A stretch of DNA of 49,474 nucleotides, filler included, from Bipalium vagum (lineage: Eukaryota), in the NCBI GenBank assembly GCA_037834085.1. It is 2 parts of 2 records of this genome, joined end to end, with 100 filler letters (N's around TTAATTAATTAA, not from the genome) between each part and the next. Parts side by side here need not be neighbours in the genome. Positions count along the whole stretch, not along the records: positions 1 to 28,189 come from JBBMKC010065432.1; 1 more part is not named here. The stretch is one strand, 5' to 3'. A program made the position numbers and the translations under genes. This document shows positions 12,301-22,791 of the stretch, piece after piece. The notes under the pieces were generated by a model. It worked only from the letters and a program-made list of their open reading frames with translations. It had not been told where the DNA came from and made no database searches. Each line of letters starts with the position of its first letter. The stretch's first letter is position 1.

Positions 12301-12673
12301 TGTTGATTGTTTCAGAGGCCGTCGTCTTACCTTGATACTGGGCACCGTATGGTAAGGGTCCCTGATCTGAAGATAGAAGGCAATAAAATCGACCAAAACG
12401 CCGACGTCCTTACATTGTTGCGGAGATCCGTACTGGTAATCTGGAAACATGAAAATGAGACTGGTAATCAGATAAAACATTCAACAAACATTGATAAGCG
12501 GGCTGGTCTTGTCGGGGTTGTCGAAAAAAGAGTATTAGAAGCGAGAACCGGTTTCAAAATGAACCTACTGTTGCTTTCATTCTCGTTCGGGTTTGGGCCT
12601 GCACAAGGGGACACAATCAACGATCCACATAATTAAGATCAAAGGCAAAATCCTTCTTACGTGACAGTTCCAT
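3278..12673 (-). CDS. Micro-exon gene encoding a low-complexity YGPQ-repeat protein (3' end unresolved)
   Basis: Predicted coding exons (minus): 12673-12661 (ATG in CCATGG), 12598-12569, 12507-12490, 12440-12414, 12366-12331, 10470-10437, 10372-10352, 10313-10276, 10230-10195, 10152-10117, 10072-10037, 9987-9955, 9923-9872, 3301-3278. Probable 5'UTR exon 12785-12741. All acceptors are AG; all donors are GT except one GA (10436). The spliced frame is open: MELSRPNPNENESNNQPAYQYYQYGSPQQYQGPLPYGAQYQVTNSIRSSDSTRTATRRPRRTSEGFYGPQQPNAFNSPYGPQNQNVPLGAYGPQHLNASYPMYGPQQPNAQYGPHTTQQISIPKTTSTNITSNRVVRFSKPQLR. The repeat core varies mainly at third codon positions. The join between the 12.3-12.7 kb and 9.9-10.5 kb exon clusters is inferred from phase and composition. 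Confidence 0.75.
4900..5320 (+). pseudogene. Decayed hydrophobic/coiled-coil ORF inside the Maverick
   Basis: ORF 4998-5216: hydrophobic stretch followed by ...ESSFNKLYIFQLKALEHKI, continuing in a shifted frame as EEIEQTKIILNECKENITKIK. Resembles by eye an accessory ORF of invertebrate Mavericks; assignment is pattern-level only. Confidence 0.35.
7480..8018 (+). pseudogene. Maverick minor capsid (penton)-like gene remnant
   Basis: Broken frames read KIKITLGTYEVSDISAYI ... EGYYESKLVNISKINKIMID ... GFYNDRRTNIIFDFLLNAVP ... IIDRPKFPI ... FNGEDISFTTYLKQT*, following the motif order of Polinton minor capsid proteins. Multiple stops and frameshifts. Confidence 0.65.
8100..9372 (-). mobile_element. 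Tc1-like (DD34E) element nested in the Maverick, decayed
   Basis: ORF 8303-8605 GGGIMVW...VIPDNYPIHVSK...VLNWP, continuing past a stop as TSPDLNIIENVWKII, gives the Tc1 QDN.P.H and WP..SPDLNPIEN.W motifs. Confidence 0.8.
10653..11154 (-). mobile_element. Internally deleted pogo-family element in an intron of the micro-exon gene
   Basis: TIRs CCGGATTTCCCCCGAAAA / TTTTCGGGGAAATCCG-TA. ORF 10739-10996 (N)MDE...KGEQNTDLRTTGDEKTRFTVAVTISFAG...LVIFKG is the pogo DDE_1 signature. Confidence 0.85.
11490..11650 (-). pseudogene. Possible Maverick protein-primed DNA polymerase B C-terminal remnant
   Basis: MKSDSDNIYLYQQENITLTSLGDRRSIGNNGVN resembles the pPolB C-terminal pattern (RS..H.IY....K..LS..DDKR.I...G.T). 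Short, pattern-level match. Confidence 0.4.
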
Positions 12674-13084
12674 GGAGCCAACTGTCCCTGAACACGCTTG
12701 TCGAAGAACAGGTGCTACCTTTCCAAGCAGAGTTCCTTACCTTTGAAGATCCTTTCTCTGGCTCACTTTGCACTGCGATCGACGTCTGCATGAAAATCAC
12801 GAAAGGAAACACCTCCTACCTTCAAATCTCGTCGTTATGAGTTGACAGATTGATAATAACAAATCGATTGATCAATCGATAAATCAATTAATTTATTGAT
12901 TATATTTAATTATCCTCAAACAATNNNNNNNNNNNNNNNNNNNNNNNNNNNNNNNNNNNNNNNNNNNNNNNNNNNNNNNNNNNNNNNNNNNNNNNNNNNN
13001 NNNNNNNNNNNNNNNNNNNNNNNNNNNNNNNNNNNNNNNNNNNNNNNNNNNNNNNNNNNNNNNNNNNNNATATTAATAAAAAAA

Positions 13085-13085
13085 A

Positions 13086-13116
<31 letters not shown>

Positions 13117-13122
13117 AATAAT
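13085..13122. repeat. (AAT)n microsatellite beside an assembly gap
   Basis: Visible run after the N-gap 12925-13069. Confidence 0.85.
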
Positions 13123-14274
13123 TCATTTAATATTTATTTATAAATAAATAATTTTAATAATAACTTTCGTTTAATAATAACATTTATAGTAACATTTGTA
13201 ATTATTAGGAGGGTGCAATGATTCTGGTCTAAAGTTAAAGTAAGCAGTAGCGTTGAGCATTTTATCGCCTCTGTGTATACATGTAGCCAGGTTTATGAGA
13301 GAAAGTCATTTAACGATGGAAAATACTCCGATTGATTGCAGCGTGCCTCTTCGACGTCAATCAAACACCAGGGTGGTCAACACTCTTTAATTAATGCACC
13401 CTCTTCGTTAATGAATGAGAATTGTGCTAAAACTTTACTGTGACTGTTTCTCGAGTAACTTTACCTTTTGTTTTAAATGACCAAAAATAAATACCTGTGC
13501 TCGGCGAACTCCAAATTGATAAAATCTGAGGCGGAGTCACTGTTCAGCGGAGGACAGCGGATTCCTCAGATCAACATAAAAATATTTCCGAAATGTTACC
13601 CGGGACGCGGTAACTCATAATTATCAATCAACTAAATATGGAAAAGTTCACTTTAAACAAAAGCCAAACACAAACCACGGGCCACCCTTCGGTCTTTTCT
13701 CACCTTCAACCCTCAACCCTCAACCCTCAACGGATGTCGGAGAGCGCTCGGAAATTGGACCGCTAAAAGTATTGCCAATGATTTTTCCTTGGTGTTTTTT
13801 TCCATTAATAATCAATAAATTTATTTGGGGATTTTTAAAATTGATTAAATTATTAAAAAATAATATTTAAATTATATAAATAAAAATATATTTTGTAGCA
13901 AAAATATTTTAAAAATAATTTTTCAATTTTAATTTACATTAAAAAATATCTTAATTTTTTTAATTAATTTATTAAAATTTAAAATTATTTCAAAACTTTT
14001 TTAATTAAAAAAAAATATTTTTTTTAATTTTTAAAATTTTTTAATTTTTTTTACTTAATTAATTTTTAAAATTTTTTTTTCAGTTTTGGATTTTTATTAA
14101 ATTATATAAAAAATAAAATTTTTTAAAATTATTTAATTAAAAATATTTTTGTGAAAATAAAGAATAAAAAAAGCGCTCTAAAATCAAAAATTATAATAAA
14201 TATATTTTAATATTTTTTTAATATATTTAATATATATTTTTGAAAAAATATTAAAATATAATTTTAATAATTAT

Positions 14275-14277
14275 TAA

Positions 14278-14309
<32 letters not shown>
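14275..14309. repeat. (AAT)n microsatellite ending a ~500 bp almost pure A/T tract upstream of the PLK gene
   Basis: Visible in sequence. Confidence 0.85.
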
Positions 14310-14311
<2 letters not shown>

Positions 14312-14398
14312 TAAGTTTGCGGTCGAGGAAATTTGTTTCAGTAATATTTTTATTGGATTTATTTTTTCGCCACAGAAATACTTGGTAATATCTCCACA

Positions 14399-16321
14399 AT
14401 GTTTGCAACCCTGCCGAAGATCAGTGATCCGGACACTCATGAAAGATTTGGAGTCGGAGTGCTCCTGGGAACGGTAAGCAAGCTTTGATTTGTGCTTGGT
14501 AGGACGGTGCTGACGGTCTTGTTTTTCGATAGGGAACCTTTGCTAACTGCTACGAGCTCTTTGACAGCAACAACAAGCTCTTTGCTCTGAAGAGAGTAGC
14601 CAAACAGAAATTGTTGAAAAACCCCTTACTCCTGCGCCAGCTCAAAGATGAGATCGCCATTCACCGGACCCTGGACCACGAGAACATTGTCAAGTTCCAC
14701 AGCAATTTCGAAGACAAGTACTTCTTCTACATGATTCTGGAGATCTGCATGCAAAAGGTTTGTCATGAGGCATTGGATTTGAAAGGTTTACCATCATTTT
14801 TCCCTTCAGTCGCTGAGGGAGCTGAAGCAGTGTCGGTTCAAGATCACGGAGCCCGAGACCAGATACTTCTGCCGCCAGTTGATTTTGGCGTGCGACTACC
14901 TTCACATGAGAAGGATCATCCACCGAGACCTGAAGCTGGAGAACGTCTTTCTCAATTCCGAAATGGTCGTCAAGCTCGGAGATTTTGGACTGGCAGCTCA
15001 ACTGACGTCCGACCACGATCGACGGCGAACGTTTTGCGGAACGCCAAATTATGTCGCTCCTCATGTGCTGGCGAAGAAAAGTTACAGCTTTGAGGCCGAC
15101 ACGTGGTCGCTGGGGGTGATAGTGTAAGTTTTTTGCTTTTGATTCCGACAAAATTGACTGTCCATAGGTTCGTACTGCTCACAGGATCGTACCCCTTCGT
15201 TGCTGATTCCTTGTCGGAAATGTACAGCCAAATAAAGAAAGCGCAGTACGTTATCCCCGACGAGGTGGGTCATTCGGCTCAGGAAGTCATTCGGTCACTG
15301 CTTCAGATCACCAATATCCCCACCATGAAATCGTTGCTGGAAATGCCATTCTTCAAAGAGTACACTCCAAACGTGTTACCCACCTCAGTTTTGTCGAGTG
15401 CCCCTCGTTTTGACAGCATCCTGACCCCTGAGCCCGTTAAAATGGAAACGAGAACTTTCTACTCCGAAGCTGGTATGGCCTCCGAATATTGCTTCAGTGG
15501 TTACAAGAACGATACCGATAAGAGGAACGGTCTCACCAATGACTTGCTGGTGCAGCTTCGAAAGCTGCTGACAAATGTCGCGGTGTTGGAAGATCTGCCG
15601 TCACAAATCTCCAGACAGAAGTGGCACGAGACTGTGCAGGACCGTGCTTTGACCCCCGTGTTTTGGATCACCAAGTGGCTGGACTACTCTCTCAAGATGG
15701 GCTTTGGGTACCAACTGAACGACTCCTCGGCCGGGGTGGAGTTCCTGGACAAGTCCCGCCTGATTGTGACGACCAACGACGATAACATTCAGTACATCGA
15801 TCCGGACGGTTGCGAGGCGCTGTACACTCGCCTAAATTTCCCCAATCAACTGTTACAGAAGCTGGAGTTCCACTCCTACTTCAAAAGGTATATGTCGGAG
15901 AAGCTGCAGACAGTAAGGGTTTTCTTGGTACTAACAAACTGATTCCTGTTTTCTAAGGTCGGCAAAGACGTCAGCAACTCAGAAAAGGATTCCATGGTCC
16001 GTCTGCCATTCCTGTTATCGTGGCAGAGGAACGAGAAGGCCATCATTTTACTGTTGAACAGCGGCACGACGCAGGTGAGTGATTTCTTTTCTTGTCAGAA
16101 CAATACCATGACACAACATCCTCCTCGTTCAGATCAATTTCTTCAGTGACCACGTCAAGGTCATCTTCTGTCCCCATATGAGGTCCGTGACCATTGTTGA
16201 TGAAAAAAAGGATTTCAAAACGTACGCCTTTTCCAAGCTTTACCAAAGTGGAATGACAAGATCACTGAAGAGCCGCATCGAAAAGTGCATGGAGGTGATG
16301 GAGAACTGGGTGAAGAATTAG
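14399..16321 (+). CDS. plk: Polo-like kinase (PLK1-type: kinase domain + two polo boxes), ~554 aa, 6 coding exons
   Basis: Exons 14399-14473, 14533-14757, 14810-15123, 15168-15912, 15958-16074, 16133-16321 (1665 nt, open frame). GT-AG introns of 59, 52, 44, 45 and 58 nt. Motifs LGTGTFANC, FALK, HRDLKLEN, DFGLA, RRTFCGTPNY; polo box 1 WITKWLDYSLKMGFGYQL; polo box 2 QINFFSDHVKVI. AATAAA at ~16470. A possible acceptor (cacag, 14375) leaves room for an extra upstream exon. Confidence 0.93.
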
Positions 16322-16899
16322 GCTGAGTCCTTGTTGTTGACCTTTTCGTTTCACAAAATATATTTTCAAGTTTTAAATGTTTCCGTTCCTCACAAAATCG
16401 AAGGTGGAGAATACTTTTTATTTTTATCCAATCAGAGTTGAGTAAAATCTAATTAAAATCCCATTAATCAATAAACCTGTGCTATTAATAACTTTTCTTT
16501 AGTTTTCCTGGAAAATTATTGTTCTCCTTAGCCCTAGATTGTTTAGTCAACATTTTTGAAATGGACCTTAGAACCTATTTTCAAGGTTAAAAGGTCAGTT
16601 TTTCTTTGGAAACAAGTTAACCAGTTGACAAACAATAAGTTAAACAATCATATATTTTTAATTAAATATTCATTTTTCAATAAAGATATTCATTGCTCCT
16701 TTCTTTCATTTTTCAATTGCTTCTCCAATTTCTTTATATCAGCCACGACGTCTTCCTTCTTCAATCTTAACCTTCTTGTTTATTAGGTTTCTTTAGATCT
16801 TTCTGTCTTTTGAATAAAGTTTCTTTAAAAATTTTCCCTTCATTACATAGTCTGTATATACCATCTTGAGGGTGAAGAATTATTATTCATTTTCAAAAA

Positions 16900-17275
16900 G
16901 GTTATTGTTTGTTTTTTGATTTATTTAAACAAATCTATTAAAAATGAGTTTTCTGTAACTCATTTTCATAAACCTTTCTAAATCTATAATATCAAGAACT
17001 ATTGGATTTGTATTCTTTTAATATTATTTTATTTCATAATAAAATCGATTAATAAGTATTTCATCTGTCCATTTTATATTTAAAGATTCTTACCCGATCA
17101 CCAAAATGATATTTATGTTTAGAGATTAGAGAATAATTTTCATCTTTTACAAACTTTTATTTCTCTGGTTCGGCCAAAGCCTTTGACAATTTTGTTGGAT
17201 CTTTAAATGCTTCTTCAGGAGTAATTCCAAGTGATGAATGTGATAGACTATTAAAAATATTTATTAAATTTGGTA
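16900..17275 (-). pseudogene. Maverick retroviral-like integrase C-terminal remnant
   Basis: Minus strand reads FNSLSHSSLGITPEEA ... GDRVRIFKYK ... WTDEIL, matching the Polinton integrase pattern (YN...HSS...TP; GD.VRI; WT.EIF). Confidence 0.65.
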
Positions 17276-17689
17276 ATAAGTTCAACCATTTTCTGTTACT
17301 TTGTTCCGTTTGTAAAGACGACGGTACAAAATGACTTTAAAAACAAATCCTGTCATGAAAAGAGGTCAATTGATGTTACGTGGACGCGTAGAAAACTTGC
17401 TTATGTGTCGACCAAAGCGTCTGTTGATCAAAATCAACAACCCCGATCATCCAAACAGATTATGGTTCCTTCTCATGAAAAGAATCTCATTCAAGATCAA
17501 AACTTTCAAGAATGATTAATGATCTTCTCAAGTTCCGGCTGTTATGGACGCCAAATTTCCATAATCTGTAATGGCCATTATTGTTGTGAATAATAAAAGC
17601 CATTTATGAAACCGAAAACCAAAGTACAGTCATTCAATACAACTTCACCATCGCTTGGAACCAAGTAAGACTCTAGCTACAAAACAGAT

Positions 17690-18096
17690 TTATGGAGGAA
17701 AAGAAACTTGGAAAGAATAACGATCGGTTTATGCACAAATGACAGTGGAACAGAAAAGTCCTTTATAACTTCTAATTGGAAAGTTCGCTAAAGCAAGATG
17801 TTTTAAAAGTTTAAATCTTAATAATTGAGGAATAATACATGCACATGAATATCATCATAATAAAAGGGCTTAGGAGGCGAGCTCACTATTTACAGAGAGG
17901 ATTTCGGCCGTTGAACATATGATATTTTTACAATCTCCCAAACGACAAATTTTAATGATAATGGATAATGCGACCTGTCATACATCTGATGGTTTGTGTC
18001 TTAAATGTATTAAAATTCTCTCTTCGAGTACAAACCCAATGACATCAATAATAAAAATAAAAATAATAATAATAAAAATAATAATAATAAAAATAA

Positions 18097-18127
<31 letters not shown>

Positions 18128-18290
18128 ACATTCGCTAAATTTAACTATAGATTTTTTCTGTCATATTTTTGTTAGATAACTTAAATTGATCGATGCCAAA
18201 GTCAGAAAAGTTTACTTTATTTTATTACAAGACCTTGGAATGAAGTGATCTCGTTGACGATTTATAATTGTGGGCTGCATTGTAACCAAC
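17690..18290 (+). mobile_element. Decayed Tigger/pogo transposase fragment interrupted by an AAT-rich repeat
   Basis: GGKETWKRITIGLCTNDSGTEK and ILMIMDNATCH match Tigger DDE_1 motifs. An imperfect (ATA)n/(ATAATAATAAAA)n run lies at ~18048-18128. Confidence 0.75.
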
Positions 18291-18479
18291 TATTGCACCC
18301 AGTAATCAATCACTGAATAATGAAGACCTTATATCTGAAATGAACAATGATACAAATAGAATGCATATCAACTAACGTTGAAAATAAAGAGGATGATCGT
18401 GAGAATATCATAATAAATGAAAAACAAATGAATTAGAACACGAAGAAAATTTTTTTTTCTCAATATCAATTTTTTGAGC

Positions 18480-18600
18480 CTCTTTTAATTTTGGAACAGC
18501 TGCTGATATCAACCTAGCAACTTCACCAGCTGCTACTAATACTGCAAATATTTCTCCAAGAATTGCAATCAATAGAAGAACTCCTCTAGATTTTTGTTCT
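18480..18600 (-). pseudogene. Possible Maverick virion-core protein remnant
   Basis: Minus strand RGVLLLIAILGEIFAVLVAAGEVARLISAAVPK resembles the GGFLPLI...GALAGG...A hydrophobic motif of Polinton core proteins, and it lies between two Maverick integrase remnants. Confidence 0.4.
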
Positions 18601-20019
18601 TTGATTTAGTTAATTATTTTGTTTGATAAATACTATTTTTCCCCATTAAAGATTATATATTTTGGTCTTAAGCAATAAACAACTTTATCTGATGAAGCAA
18701 ATAAAATTCAACCTCCAATTAGATAAAACAAAAATAAATTTAATTATTTCTCACGATGTAATAAATGAAAAAAATCAACATATTATGGAAATATATTTTA
18801 TTAGATGGAGACATAATAAATGTTTTTTCACACAATTTTTTAAGAAAATCATTTTTGACATACCTTTAAGAAGTATAGGAAATAATGAAAATGCTTTAAT
18901 TTTATTTAAACTTTCAAAGTCAGATAGAGATCAGATAAATTCTAAAATGTTAGAACCTTTTATGCACAAAGATGAATTTGATTATTTTTAACCACTTTCA
19001 TATGATTGAAAAATATAATTATCTCTTTATTAATTCACAAGAAGAATGTAAAAAACTTTTCAAATTTTTTCACATTAGCTGATATAGTATAGAACTCGAA
19101 ATGACAGGCTTGGATTTAAATATAAGGCCTTGATCATGTAGTAAATTTGGATATTACTCCACAATTATATCAACGAATTCTGCAAATTTGTACCTTGAGT
19201 TAAAATCAGGTAGAAGTGAAAGTTGTCGTTAGAATGGCAACCTGGATGAATTAATCCATCTAAGGAAATAAAGCAGCATCATTTAGATTACTTCGTGCGA
19301 ATACTGGGACTGTCAAAACTCATGCTTTTAAAGGCACCATTTTAAAAATATTTGGTGTCCTAACACCGAAAAGTAGGTTTACCTGTTACAGACAAAGGGT
19401 TTTCTAATATGTTTCCTATTTCCAACAAGTGCAACGTATGAATTTATGGATTTATTTTATGTCCCATCTATATATTTGACGAATTAAATATATCGTCCGA
19501 TGTACGTAGACATTGGTAGCCATGGACTGATGCCAACCATCAAAGTGTAAAAGCAGTTTTGTGGGACATTAAATGATATTCAAGAAATGTGTGCATAATT
19601 AGAAGAAACAAGAAAAAAAATAAAAAAAAACAAAACATGCAATGTAATAAAAGTAAAATATTTGAAATGAAAAAAAATAAAAAAGGAAAACAAATAGAAT
19701 CATTAAAATGAAAAAGAAGGAAAATAACAGCGGATATAAAAAGGTGAAGACGACAGTTTAATGTTTTAATTGAATAAATATTTTTATCATTTTATTTTTC
19801 GGTTTGTTATTTTATTTAAATCTACAGCCGTATTGTGTGTTACAAAATTTTAAATTGAAAAAAAATTACTGCCATTTTCATTTTTTAATGATTTTTGATC
19901 ACAAAATTGGCAGTATTTTGTTTCCATTTGTACTAATCATTGAAGCTTGAAAAATAAAATATTTAATTACCTTGAAAAAATTAAAAAATAATAATTAAGA
20001 AAACATTAAAATTAACATC

Positions 20020-20600
20020 ATGTCTGATTTCTGTAACCCATTTTCATAAAAATTTAACACTTACTTCTTTTCCATTTAAATCAATAATTCAATAACCAAT
20101 TGGATTTGTAAAATAAATTTCATTTATAAGAAATATTCCATTTGTCCATTTTGGTGTATATCCTTTTCCAAATTTTTGTTATATTTAAAAATTCTGGATT
20201 TCTTTTATAAAAAGCATTAAAAGACTTAAGTAAAATTCTCTTGGATATTTTCCTGTCTTGAATTTATTTAGGAATCTGTTGTTCGTAATTGTTGACTGTA
20301 AGGCACTGCCAACTTTGTTGGCAAATTGTTGAATATAACCGCCTTTTCTTTTTAAAAAAATTGAAAGTTTTTCTTGGATATTGATTGATTTATTTGTTAT
20401 TTTTCATTCATACTTTCTTTCGTACTTTTCATACTTTAAATGTATATTTTAGAGTGTTTTTCATTTTTTTATTGTTTTGAAATATATTTATTACCAAAAT
20501 CACAAAAGTAAGTTTCTCTGATTACCATTATTTATTAAAATCTAAGTTTAAAAATTTTCTTAAATCCTTTTTTTTTAATAATTTTATTACTTTAATTTGA
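20020..20600 (-). pseudogene. Second Maverick integrase remnant
   Basis: Minus strand KFGKGYTPKWTNGIFLINE...TNPIGY.IIDLNGKEVS.KFYENGLQK matches the Polinton integrase C-terminus (F.KGYTPNWT.EIF...TNP..Y...D..GE...FYE.ELQK). Confidence 0.75.
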
Positions 20601-22791
20601 TAAATTTAAATATTTCTATCCTTAAATTTTCATTTATGACAGAGCAATTAAAAATAATTATGTTATTCAGATTTTCACGCTGCTGTTTCATTTTATGATT
20701 ATATTCCTCCAAAAAATAAATTATTTATTATTTATTTTTTAACTGAAATTGAGTAAAAATATTAATTATTTTTCTGTATAAGTTGTTTTTCATTTCTTAA
20801 GAAAAAATCTAATTTTTTGATTTTATTATTTGTTAATTTTTTCAATATTTTTTTATATTTTTTATTTTTAAGTGGATAAAGGTTATGAAAAAAATGTTTA
20901 ATTTTTTATTCTTACACCAAATGTATTCCATTTTTGCACACACTTTTGTTACAAAAAACAGGCCCTGAATTTTGCGAAAAAAATATCTTATGCATTTCAA
21001 ATATTGGATCAAATTTTATATTTTTTTCTTATATTTAATACATTTTTATTTTTACCACATTTTATATTTTGGTATAGTTATTTTGTAGTGCCAAATATAT
21101 TTTTAGAGAGTCTGTTTTTTTCATTAAAAAGCTGAGTACAAATTGGGTACACTGTGTATTCTTAGTCAGAAAACGGAAAATGAATAAATCCAGACAACGC
21201 TGGCGAGGTCTTGGAAGCATAAGAGGAAAGAATATCCGAAGATAAAACTGTAACCTCATAAGTATTTGTTTAAGAATTTTGAATTAGAAAAAATCTCTTT
21301 TTGAATTGCCACCGAGAAATTAAACGTAGAGAACATGTTTCGAAAGGGTTTAAGACATGTTCGAAATCAGAACCGATTCCTGAAACCAACCATACTAAAG
21401 GTTATCCAACTGCAATCATTCAGAGCTGAAGGTATCAAGACAGGAGACAAGTGCACTACGTGCCGGATTGAATAAGTTATATTCTTATCTATGTTAATAA
21501 TATTATCTTATTAAAACAGGCCTAATCATGAACCGGGCCCACCGAAATGTGGATAACAAATAAAGTAATCTTTCAGAAAAAAACTGATAACAAAAAACGA
21601 CACTGCAGCTTTACTCACGTCCTGGGTCTAAGCTGGTGTGGGCTTTACCCAAGAACGCAATTTCAAAGTGACCACTGGAGCTTCAAATGGGGTCGAGGGG
21701 TCACTCCACATAAGATTTAAGAAAAGTAACCATTAATCAAGGCAACATACATGTGACTGTAAGCTATGGAGACAGGAATGTACACACATAATTATTTGCT
21801 GTGCTGACCCATGTGTACGTTAGTCTCAAGTTTCTTCATTAGTATCGAGTAAGATGAGCTCCTGGTTTGGTGTGTCGATGTCAATTTTTTGGATGAATGA
21901 GATTATTCTGAGACTAAGTACTCCATGGATAACCAACTGGCATACTGAATGGTAGGCCGCGCAGAATAAGATAAGTCCTGTCAAATAAAGCATACCAAGT
22001 TTACAATTACATAGGAAATGCCGTTAAGAAACATGATTGTCATCTGCAATTACTTAACCAATCAAAGTCTCTATTGTCCAATCTCCAGCCAACTGAGAAC
22101 ACATGTCTGATCAGAGTGGAATGTGACAAGAAGTACTTCTCAAGTCTGTCGACCTAACATTTAATCTTGGAGTGACGCAGTACGCATCAATGGCATATAT
22201 TGTTCACAATTAAATAAAACCCATGTAGAAATAGGGAATGACAGGGACCTTTGAACTTACGAACTACTTCTTTCGACTTTGTAAACTTCGGAAATAGCGG
22301 TAATTGACTGGACGAGTAGAGACTTTTCCAAGAGAGACACAAACGTAAAATGTGTGAGACCATTTTTAGAACGTCGCTCTGAACATTGAACCTAGCAAGG
22401 CACAAATGTCAGGATGCCCGGATACAGCCCTGAAACCTGACACACAAAATGGAGTTTGAACATGTAACTTTGAACATAGTCACAATTGTTGAAAAGGGTC
22501 ACATGCGACCACCATTAAGAATAAGCCGACCAGGAACACTTTGTTTCAAAATCGTTGCCGAACACATATTTATATATAATAACGAAAATATTATTGATTT
22601 TTTATATAAAAAAAAGTTTGTCTCAGATGGTCGTAATTGATTTTCCTTTGGCGATTAAATCACGGTCTCGGCAAGAGACAGGAGACAAGGTTACATGAAC
22701 GTCAACAGTCTCATTTGTTAATTTGGAAAAAAATTATCATTTTTATGGAAAATAAAAAATCCGTCCATCAGCGCAGACTGCAGACCAATGG

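Noticed and set aside
12256-12636. ORFs 12256-12480 (-) and 12307-12636 (+)
   Set aside because: Intron read-through and antisense shadow of the micro-exon gene's 5' exons.
13706-13731. (CAACCCT)3 telomere-like repeat
   Set aside because: Only about three copies and not the canonical TTAGGG unit; too short to interpret.
14611-15942. PLK apparently split over three frames (frameshifted pseudogene or programmed frameshift)
   Set aside because: Short GT-AG introns account for every frame change, and the spliced CDS is open.
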